Shown one piece after another: positions 55,650 through 64,000 of a stretch of DNA of 64,000 nucleotides; the stretch's first letter is position 1; every line of letters begins with the position of its first letter. Under the pieces are notes generated by a model, which was given only the letters and a program-made list of their open reading frames with translations, did no database searches and had not been told where the DNA came from. Source of the DNA: Leucoraja ocellata (Eukaryota); the NCBI GenBank assembly GCA_036785375.1, contig JAWMAR010000116.1:2046001-2110000 (forward strand), given 5' to 3'. Position numbers and translations under genes: made by a program.

Positions 55650-55873
55650 GGGTGCTCAGCGTAGAATAGGCTGAGACTTTTGGCAGAGCTTCAATGAGAC
55701 ATTCAGTTGAGGTTACAAGAACTTCTTGAAATCTTGAGCAGCTTATTTTTTTGTAGTCAGGAATATTTATTTGTCTTGTGCACCTAGAATGGAACAGTGA
55801 AATTCTTACTTACTGCAACTTTAAAGGCACACTAAACACATCAGCTGTAAAAAAAAAATACTATAAATTATGT

Positions 55874-56075
55874 TCATAAGACATAGGAGCAGAATTAGGC
55901 CATTCAGCCCATCGAGTCTACTTCGCCATTCAATCATCTACCATTCCCACTCAACCCCATTCTCCTGCCTTCTCCCCATAACCCTCTGACACCCTTACTA
56001 ATCAAGAATTGCCTTAAATATACCTAATGACTTTGGCTCCACAGCCATCTGTGGCAATGAATTCCACAGATTTAC
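55874..56075 (-). mobile_element. CR1 3' end fragment, antisense
   Basis: cataagacataggagcagaattaggccattcagccc...cttctccccata...ggcaatgaattccacagatt is the reverse complement of a CR1 3' tail. Confidence 0.75.
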
Positions 56076-56218
56076 CAGTTATCAGTTATACTTATTAATA
56101 ACTAAGCAAATCATCTGGATGATACTTTGGATTGCAATATCATAGTTTGGTTTACTTAGTATAAACCAGACCACGATATTGCAAGCCAAAATTATATAAG
56201 GGAATCTGGAGGGACAGA

Positions 56219-56272
56219 GAATGAATGAACGAATGGATGAATGAATGAATGATTGAATGGATGAATGAATGA
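56219..56272. repeat. Imperfect (GAAT)n microsatellite
   Basis: gaatgaatgaacgaatggatgaatgaatgaatgattgaatggatgaatgaatga. Confidence 0.85.
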
Positions 56273-56467
56273 GAGTGAAGGAGGGATCCAACATGATCAT
56301 GTGGACACTTAGATGTGTCCAAATGTTCGATGTAGATGTGTACGTCTCACCTCTAAATTCTGTCATTTCTTAGACAAAAAAAGGCTCATAATAGTTTTTT
56401 TAACCATTGATCAATGAAAAGAATCCTTGCTCAGTATTAAATAAGGAATTGTTATATTTATCCACAG

Positions 56468-56548
56468 ATCCAAATGCATGTTTTGTTAGTCAGAGAGATA
56501 CCTGTGCTTTATCTGACTGCTTGATGACTACAGTCAGTGACTGCAAAG
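56468..56548 (+). CDS. Mucin exon: short four-Cys linker
   Basis: ccacag| acceptor, AAAG|gtaagt donor; 81 nt, phase 1-1. DPNACFVSQRDTCALSDCLMTTVSDCK. Confidence 0.75.
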
Positions 56549-56962
56549 GTAAGTACTTTGACGTTTCCCAGATCTTCTGTGATGCCATCCAGATTTGCGG
56601 CCATTCTCATTGCTTCCACAAACTTACTGTATCTCCTTCCTTTGAACATTGAACGTGATCACTGTATGACCACAGCATTAAAACTGAGGTGAAGCAAAAC
56701 AAATTCTCATTCTAGAGTAGCGTCGGGGTTCATACTGAGGTATGTTTGGTTGTCTCACACCTAAAAGATATGCTTATTGGTGATTATTGTTGCTTGATTG
56801 GCCGCATTCCATGCCTTTATCTTACAAAGCCATCGCCGCTGTGGAAGACCTGACGTTCTATCCCTTGGCATAAACTCTTCTCTTGGAATGACAGAAGTGC
56901 CAACACTTGCCCTGTCTTACAATGGGTCAATTAAAGCCTGGGATCCTCATGAGAGGGAATTA

Positions 56963-57135
56963 AGGGCAGCACGGTGGCATAGCAGTAGAGCTGCTGCCTT
57001 ACAGCACTAGAGACCTGGGTTTGATCCTGACGTAAATTGTCCGAGTGTAGGATGAAAGTCAGCGTGCAGGGAACGCTGGTCGGTGCAGACTCGGTGGGCC
57101 GAGGGGCCTGGTTTCCGTGCTGCATCTCTAAACTA
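56963..57135 (+). mobile_element. Internally deleted tRNA-derived SINE
   Basis: Head gggcagcacggtggcatagc...gggtttgatcctgac joined directly to tail gtaaattgtcc...gggccgaggggcctgg...ctctaaact. Confidence 0.8.
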
Positions 57136-57141
57136 TCCGTA

Positions 57142-57713
57142 AACTACCCCCTCCCCAGGTACCTTCCCCTGCAAACGCAGAAGATGCAACACCTGTCGCT
57201 ATACCTCATCCCTAGACTCTGTCCAGGGACCTTGACAGACCTTTCAGGTGAGGCAGAGGTTCAACTTGCACCTCCTCCAACCTCACATACTGTATCCGTT
57301 GTTCAAGATGTGGACTCTTATACATTCAGCGAGACCAAATGCAGACTGGGCGATCGTTTCGCAGAACACCTTCGCTCAGCCTGCTTGAACCAACTTGGTC
57401 TCCGGTTGCTGGACACTTTAATTCTCCTTCCCATTCCTGCACAGGCCTTTCTGTCCTCTGTCTCCGCCATTGTCAGAGTGAGGCTAAATGCAAATTGGAG
57501 GAAGGGCATCTCATAATTCGCTTGGGCAGCTTGCAGGCCCAGTGGTTTGAGTATTGATTTCTCTCACTTCAGGTAGCCCCGGCATTCCCTCTCTCTCTTC
57601 CTCTCCCCCACCAGATCGCACTAGCTACTCGTTTCACCCTACCAAACAGCTTACAATGGCCACTTTCCTTTATCATCATTACTTTCTTGATATCTTTTAT
57701 TCATTGTTCTTTA
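57142..57713 (+). mobile_element. Penelope-like element fragment: Cys-rich linker, GIY-YIG endonuclease and start of 3' region
   Basis: Across frames: PGTFPCKRRRCNTC ... YCIRCSRCGLLY(I)xETKCRLGDRFAEHLRS ... PVAGHFNSPSH ... KLEEGHLIIRLGSL, typical of Penelope GIY-YIG; frameshifted. Confidence 0.85.
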
Positions 57714-58530
57714 CGTGGATAAATGTGAGGTTATCCACTTTGGTGGCAAAAACAGGAAAGTAGACTATTATCTGAATGATGGGGCGATTAGGAAAAGGGG
57801 AGATGCAACGAGACCTGGGTGTCATGGTACACCAGTCATTGAAAGTAGGAATGCAGGTGCAGCAGGCAGTGAAGAAAGTGAATGGTTTGTTAGCATTCAT
57901 AGCAAAAGGATTTGAGTACAGGAGCAGGAAGGTTCTACTGCAGTTGTACAGGATCTTGGTGAGACCACACCTGGAGTATTGCGTACAGTTTTGGTCTCCT
58001 AATCTGAGGAAAGACATTCTTGCCATAGAGGGAGTACAGAGAAGGTTCACCAGACTGATTCCTGGGATGTCAGGACCTTTTCATATGAAGAAAGACTGGA
58101 TAGATTCGGCTAGTACTCGCTAGAATTTAGAAGATTGAGGAGGGATTCTTATAGGAACTTACAAGATTCTTAACGGGTTGGACAGGCTAGATGACAGGAA
58201 GATTGTTCCCGATGTTGGGCGAAATCCAGAACAAAGAGGTCACAGTTTAAGGATAAGGGGGAAATATTTTAGGACTGAGATGAGAAAAACATTTTTCACA
58301 CGGAGAGTGGTGAATCTCTGGAATTCTCTGCCACAGAAGGTAGTTGAGGCCAGTTCATTGGCTATATTTAAGAATAAGTTAGATGTGGTCCCTTGTGGCT
58401 AAAGGATCAGGGGGTATGGAGAGAAGGCAGGTACAGGATACTGAGTTGGATGATCAGCCCCATGATCATATTGAATGGTGGTGCAGGCTCGAAGGGCCGA
58501 ATGGCCTACTCCTCACCTATTTTCTATGTT
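57714..58530 (+). mobile_element. 5'-truncated CR1 LINE inserted in the Penelope-like element
   Basis: DKCEVIHFG...RDLGV...LYRILVRPHLEYCVQFWSPNLRKDILAIEGVQRRFTRLIPG...FFTRRVVNLWNSLP plus the 3' UTR; many 1-2 nt indels. Confidence 0.92.
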
Positions 58531-58682
58531 TATTTCTCCACATCACCGTCTATATCTCCCGTTTCCCTTATCCCTAACCAAGTCTGAAGAAGGGTCTCGA
58601 CCCAAAACGTCACCCATTCCTTCTCTTCAGAGATGCTGCTCTGTCCAGCTGAGTTACTCCCAGCTTTTGTGTCTATCTACCT
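58531..58682 (+). mobile_element. Resumed Penelope-like 3' terminus with degenerate hammerhead core
   Basis: gtCTGAAGAaGGGTctcgACCCaaaacgtcacc (GAAA box mutated to AAAA), then ...gagttactcccagcttttgtgtctatc. Confidence 0.75.
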
Positions 58683-58788
58683 ATCTCTAAACTAAATGTG
58701 AATCACACCAGTGGTTTCTAACTATATTTGCCCAGTTTCTCTGTAATTTCCAGTGCAATTAGCTAATAACTTGTTACTGTTCCAACAG

Positions 58789-58904
58789 ATAAAATTGCAT
58801 TCAGAATGAAGCAACAACACTGAGATCCAAAGAGTTCACTACCGATCTGAAAACTCCTGGAAGTGAGGCATACAGGAATTTATCTGCCCGATTTTATAAA
58901 TGCT
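58789..58904 (+). CDS. Mucin exon: SEA domain 2, N-terminal half (frameshifted as assembled)
   Basis: caacag| acceptor, |gtaaag donor; 116 nt, phase 1-0 like SEA1a. DKIAFRMK / ATTLRSKEFTTDLKTPGSEAYRNLSARF / INA needs two compensating 1-nt shifts; literal frame stops at TGA 58821-58823. Confidence 0.7.
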
Positions 58905-59004
58905 GTAAAGCAAAATTAAATTTCTACTCAGATTTGTTCTTAAGCATTTATTTTTGTCAGATACATTGTGTTAGTATCAGTCCTTCCATCTAGTGAGGCA
59001 TTCC

Positions 59005-59345
59005 AAGATTAAGAGGGAGGCCATTCGGCCCATTAAGTTCGGTTTACAGGGGAGCAATCCATCATTCCAATTCCCCTTATTTTCCGTAGCTCTGAAACCC
59101 GTTCTCCCTCACACCTTCCCACTAACTCCCCTTTGACTCCAATTGCCTTTAACCTATTGTAAGAGGTATATTATAGTCGCCAGTTAGCCCACCAGTACCT
59201 CCTTGGATGTGGGAGGAAATCAAGGAACCGGGCTAAACCCATGTGATTACAGGGAGAATTGTAAACTTCACACACATAGCATCTGAGGTCAGGAGTGAAC
59301 CCAGGAATCAGGAAAGGAATGTGGACAGCTGCACTATACTGCTGT
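59005..59345 (-). mobile_element. Old degenerate SINE, antisense
   Basis: aggccattcggccc tail; ggatgtgggaggaaa...cagggagaa...aaacttcacaca...aggtcagga.tgaaccca core and B box in reverse. Confidence 0.6.
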
Positions 59346-59700
59346 CATGCTCATTCATTGAATTAATAGCAGTTGTATTTCTTTCATTTCTTTCTGTCCC
59401 AAACCCTAACCCAATTGAATCCAACATCTGAATGGAGTTACCCGAACCTCACCTTTCACCGCGGCCATGCTCAGCATCCAATGCATCATTCATCATCATT
59501 ACCACCACTGTCAATGTGCTCCCACCATTAGTCACATCTTCCTGTCCACACCCATTTCTGCTTTCTGCGGAGACCATTCTCTCCACAACTTCTTGGTTCC
59601 CTGGCTTAAATATATGAGGTTCTGAGAGGGTTTGAAAGGATGGTCAAATAGAGATGCCTGGAAATAGGAATGTAGTTTCAGAATAATGGGTCACCTATTC

Positions 59701-60546
59701 AAGTTCAAGTTCAAGTTTACATTTATTGTCACTGTACCAATTGTACAGCGAGATTTGGGTTGCCATGCCAACATACAAATTAAAAAGAACACAACATACG
59801 ATAGAATTTTGCATGAATACCCCCACACATCAGCGCGAATCAACGTTTCCCACAGTGAGGGACGGCAATACAATTTCAGTCATCTTCCTCTATGTTCACC
59901 CGTGGTCGGGGCTATTCAGGCCTCCGCAGTCGCTGCAAACGGCAGCCCGATGTTCGGGCTCCTCTCGCCGGATGACGGAACTCCGGCGTCGGAAGAACAC
60001 TCTCAGCGGCTTGGAGTTCCGAATCGGCCGCTTCCTACCGGAGACCGCGGCTTCCGAAGTCCACAGGCCGAACTGGGCGGAGCTCCGCACGGCAATCCTC
60101 GGCGAAAGATCCCAGGGCCCCGCGTTGTTAAAGTCAGCACCGCCCATGGCTGGAAGCTCCGCAGACCACAGCTCCACAGCTTTCAAGTCAGCAGTCCCAG
60201 CACTCCACAGCTCCAACACGTCGACCCCCAGTAATGCATCGCCCGCTCCGCGATGGTACTTCCGTGCTGTGCCGCTGTTGAAGCTGAAGCTCTGGCCAGT
60301 CACCGGCAGGAAAGGCCGTGCCAATCTAGATGGTAGGCCGCTAGGAGGGGGCAAAGACGCATCCTCGACCAGGTAGTGACTGAGATAAACAGTTTCCCCC
60401 TTCCCCCCCCCCCCCCATTCCCCCACATAAAGAGACTAAAAGGACCTCCAAAACAAAACTTTTGACAGACTAAAAAATAAAAAAAGAATGAAAGGACCAA
60501 ACAGCTGCAGGCAAGGCAGCCAATACTCAATGGTGTCCCCTTCTGA
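59701..60546 (-). mobile_element. CpG-rich non-autonomous retroposon inserted in an old CR1 fragment
   Basis: Minus strand ends AATAAA...(TTGAAC)n; possible CTATTC TSD at 59695-59700 and 60547-60552; flanks 59615-59700 and 60553-60795 join as degenerate CR1 3' sequence. Confidence 0.6.
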
Positions 60547-60841
60547 CTATTCCTAATTGAGCTGAAGATTAATCCCTTCTCTCAGTGTGTGAATCCTTTG
60601 GAGTTCTTTATCCCAGAGAGCTGTGGAGGTGGAGTGAATATAATCAAAGCAGAGAGTGATGGATATTTCAAATACAAAGGAAAGAATGGGTGTCAGGGCA
60701 GAGTAGGAAATGTGAAGATAGGACCAGCCACCATCTTATTGAATGGAGAAAAGACTCAAGGGGCTAATTAACCCACTACAGCCCCTCATGTTTATAATGC
60801 ATTTTAGTGGCAATTAAATAATATGTATGCTTTGCTTTTAG

Positions 60842-61038
60842 GTTGTGCCAACCACGCGAGCCAAGCTTAATGACGTTAGCTTTAATATCAGCAATCATTG
60901 GCTTTCAAAGAGGAAGTGTGCAGGTGAACTTTCTGGCTGTCTTGAACAGGAACTCAACGGTCAATGTCTCCACATTGCAAAGGGCTGTTGGTGACGCAAT
61001 CAAACAATTTGATGGTAACAGTTCAGTCATCATGACAG
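60842..61038 (+). CDS. Mucin exon: SEA domain 2, C-terminal half (one frameshift as assembled; GC donor)
   Basis: ttttag| acceptor. VVPTTRAKLNDVSFNIS / IIGFQRGSVQVNFLAVLNRNSTVNVSTLQRAVGDAIKQFDGNSSVIMT, with an extra A near 60893; GSVQV at 60912-60926; donor ACAG|GCAAGT, phase 1. Confidence 0.75.
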
Positions 61039-61130
61039 GCAAGTGTTGACGTGGTTGTTATGATTTAATTAATTCAGTTAATCGTTTGGTGTCCAGTATC
61101 TCAATGGAATTGTTCATATCGCCTCAAAAC

Positions 61131-61895
61131 GTGGCACAGTGGCACAGTTAGCAGAGCTGCTGCCTGCCAGGTCCAGTGGACCCAGGATCAGTCCTGATCT
61201 TGGGTGCTGTCTCTGTAGTGTGTGCATATTTTTTTCTGTGCCAGTGTGGGTTTCCGCTGGGTAGTCTGCTTCTCTCCCACCTTGTATTGGTGTGCACCTG
61301 GGTGTGGTATATTGGCCATTTTAAAATTATCCCTCCTGTCTGCACACGTGGTCAAATCTGACTGAAGTTGATGGTAATCTGCGAAGAATAACATTGAATA
61401 ATCCCGCCCATTCCTCTCAAAGCCCTTCCCCTGTGCCCTGACTGGACTTGCACCCATTTCTTCCCCCTCCCCTAACAGCAATATTCCCTATCTCCGGTCT
61501 CTCAATTCAAACCTTGTTTATCCCTATCCCACACATTTTGTCTTTTCATCTCCGGCCTTTGTCCAACCATTTGTGCCTTTCAACTCCCATCCCCCACCCT
61601 CACCCGTATCCACCCATCACTGACCAGACTTTGTGCTGCCCTTACTCTCTTACAGTTCCCACCCAAAAACTCACCTATTTGTGTTCTTCAGAGAAGCTGC
61701 ATGTCCCACTGAGTCACTCCAGCACTTTGTCTCATTTTTCATAAGCCAGCATCTGCAGTTCCTTGTGTCTTTGTGTCTAAAATTGAATTTATGTCAAATT
61801 GGCATTGATTAGTGTAAGTGGGTTCTTGCTGGTTGGCACAGACTCTATAGATCAAAGTGCATGTTTCTGTGCTGTATCACTCATTATTCTATGAC
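61131..61895 (+). mobile_element. Degenerate SINE (head 61131-61345, tail about 61815-61895) with an intervening Penelope-like 3' fragment (about 61420-61770)
   Basis: gtggcacagtggcacag...gggtgctgtctctgt head; middle is homologous to 50880-51050 and ends ctgagtcactccagcactttgt...ccagcatctgcagttcc. Confidence 0.55.
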
Positions 61896-62133
61896 TGACT
61901 CTCCTCTCTGTTTACTGAAGTTGTGAAGCTAGAGGATTGACGAGGTGCAGATCGTATAGCTTGGGATGGGATGTAGGAGGAGGGTGAGGGGAGGGTAGAG
62001 ATAGATACAAAGTCAGCCAGGGCTCAGGGGAGGGGAGGGGAGGAACAGGCGGGGGAGGGGCTTCCGGGGGAGAAAGGGGGGGGGGGGGGGGGGTGATTTT
62101 ATTCTTAATGACAGTGATCTTTTTCTATATCAG

Positions 62134-62378
62134 GTACAACACTTACTACCACTGAGGCTCCTATCCAACCCCAGACTGTTCCAACAGTGCAAGTCAAGCC
62201 GGTCTCTCAAACCCCTGGATGGAAAATAGCTGTGATCGTTTTGGGAGTTATTCTGGGTGTAGCTGTTTTAATAAGCCTGGCAATTGTAGCAGTAAGGATC
62301 TACCTCACGAAAATAACCAAGAATTATAACATGGATCCATCTGATATTATACATCAAATCAACTATTCCAGTATTTAG
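62134..62378 (+). CDS. Terminal coding exon: T/P-rich stalk, transmembrane helix, short cytoplasmic tail
   Basis: tatcag| acceptor, phase 1. GTTLTTTEAPIQPQTVPTVQVKPVSQTPGWK-IAVIVLGVILGVAVLISLAIVAV-RIYLTKITKNYNMDPSDIIHQINYSSI*, stop TAG at 62376-62378. Confidence 0.9.
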
Positions 62379-62829
62379 CTAAGTCCTGTAAGACTGTGCA
62401 GTGTTGTTTAATTGAACAAATCAAAGTGCATTTAGCAGGAACTATCCAATTGTATTTGGCATCTGTGAAAGATGGATTACCTTGCACTTTCTATTTTGGA
62501 TAATCATGGATATTAACACCACAAGTCCAGGTGGGTCTTATGTTGTTCTCAGCTGCATGGATGGGGAACTTGTTTTCTGACTGGGATCTACAATTTTAAA
62601 GTAGCAAGATCACTTACGTGAGATGATCTCCTGTCAGTGCTATGGGTATGTGGGTTGATGGCTCAGCTGGCCATTGAGCCATGCAAAATTGGGGGTTCCT
62701 AGGTTCTGTTCTGGTTGGCATCGAGTTCACAACTCACATTTGGCAGCTGGTAGTAACCTTCAAGTTGCTGCAGTAGAAGACCAGCCTTGATTAATTCTCC
62801 TTGTGATGGAATAGCCTCCTCACGCATAG

Positions 62830-62982
62830 AGACTGGATGGGTTCTTGATTAATACGGGTGTCCGGCATTAATGAGGAGAAGGCAGGAGAATAGGGTTTGG
62901 AGGGAGAGATAGATCAGCCATGATTGGATGGCAAAGTAGATGGGCCGAATGGCCTAATTCTGTTCCTATCACTTATGACCTT
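62830..62982 (+). mobile_element. CR1 3' end fragment downstream of the stop codon
   Basis: ttcttgatta...ggagaaggcaggagaat...gatcagccatgattg...gggccgaatggcctaattctgttcctatcacttatgacctt. Confidence 0.75.
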
Positions 62983-63624
62983 CTCGACCGGAATAAGATG
63001 TCATGGAGGCTTTTACATCCAGAGAAAATGTGGAAATATAGAAAGATGAAAGAAAGCCACGTATTACAAAATCTTTGGTCTTGCATCCGTTGGTAGTTCT
63101 GCCTGTAAAGGCCAAGTTACTGCAGAATTAATTAATATGCAATTTTATTTATTATACTTGACTGCTGGTGTTTTGAAATCAATTGTACTTACTATATTTT
63201 GCTAAGCGTTTTCTAATTTATTGCAAAATTCTGAAACAAATAATGTTATTTCGAGTAAAATCTGCAATCTGCGATAGGTTTTATTTTTTGCAAAATTAGA
63301 AAGGAAGAGTCTGGAACAACCTTTATCTCCAGTAGTTTGTGAGCAGCAGGTGGATGGGTGGAATGGATGGATAGTTGTTTTAGATTTAAATGGTTAATGT
63401 TAATTTTTTTACATTTTCCAGGTTCCTGCATTTATGAAACCACGGCTTGGTTCCAATGACAAACTAGCTTGCGTTAGTCATTGATTTATTCAGCATGATC
63501 TGCTGGGGTGGGCATTAATGCAATCAATGATTTGGGAGTTGTGAATGAATTGATTCATAGTTTGATTTGAACATGTTCACATTCACTGTGTAACATGGTC
63601 TTCTCATGGGCTTAAGAAAATCAG

Positions 63625-63936
63625 TCTAGTTTAATTTTGAGATGCAGTGCGGAAATAGGCCCTTCAGACCGCCGAGTCGGCACCTGCCAGCGATCCCCAC
63701 ACATTATCACTATCCTACACACACTAGGGACAATTTTTACATCTCTCCCAAGCCAAGAAACCTACAAACCCGTACATCTCTGGAGTGTGGGAAGAAACAA
63801 CGTTCTCGGAGAAAACCCACGCCGGTCACAGGGAGAATGTACAAACTCCGTACAGCCAAGCGCCCCTAGCCAGGATTGAACCTGGGTCTCTGGCGCTGTA
63901 AGGCAGCAACTCTACTGCTGCATCACCGTGCCGTCC
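63625..63936 (-). mobile_element. tRNA-derived SINE, antisense copy
   Basis: Reverse complement of the 54161 family: ends ggcagcaactctactgctgcatcaccgtgccgtcc; B box ggattgaacc in reverse. Confidence 0.87.
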
Positions 63937-64000
63937 TAATCGCCTCAATTAATAGACATATTTGAGGACTGACTGGTATAAATTGGATCTTATCCTGTAT

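Noticed and set aside
59686-60530. Overlapping 176-216 aa ORFs on both strands
   Set aside because: GC-rich retroposon interior where stops are rare; no recognisable domain.
60843-60893. Alternative open frame LCQPREPSLMTLALISA as the true start of the SEA2b exon
   Set aside because: Needs a phase-2 upstream donor that I could not find; the phase-0 frame matches the SEA1 exon structure.
49238-62378. Assigning MUC3/MUC17/MUC13/MUC16/UMODL1 as gene symbol
   Set aside because: Domain order matches none exactly; orthology cannot be established without searches.
62379-63600. Polyadenylation signal
   Set aside because: No canonical AATAAA seen; only a variant AGTAAA at 63254-63259, too weak to call.

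Overview
Eukaryotic (vertebrate) genomic DNA, not prokaryotic. The interspersed repeats (CR1-type LINEs, V-SINE/HE1-like tRNA SINEs, Penelope-like elements) suggest a cartilaginous fish such as a skate or ray (inference). Almost the whole window is the 3' part of one + strand transmembrane-mucin gene. Bases 2-47897 are a single uninterrupted Thr/Ser/Glu/Gln/Gly/Met-rich reading frame of about 15,965 codons, which begins upstream of the window and ends at a GTAAGC donor. It is built from a 27-bp (9-aa) monomer; between 21.4 and 42.2 kb the monomers form 12 copies of a 1728-bp, 64-monomer higher-order repeat, followed by two 38-monomer recombinant copies. After a 156-N gap, nine small exons encode FN3, SEA (2 exons), EGF, Ca-binding EGF, a Cys-rich linker, a second SEA (2 exons), and stalk/TM/short tail ending INYSSI*. 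Three downstream exons show a missing donor or frameshifts, which may be local assembly error or real truncation. The introns hold nested mobile elements, including a TSD-flanked fold-back element with back-to-back hammerhead-ribozyme-like cores, a GIY-YIG Penelope fragment split by a CR1, and a Harbinger-type MITE. The many short ORFs on the minus strand and in alternative frames are shadows of the mucin repeat.
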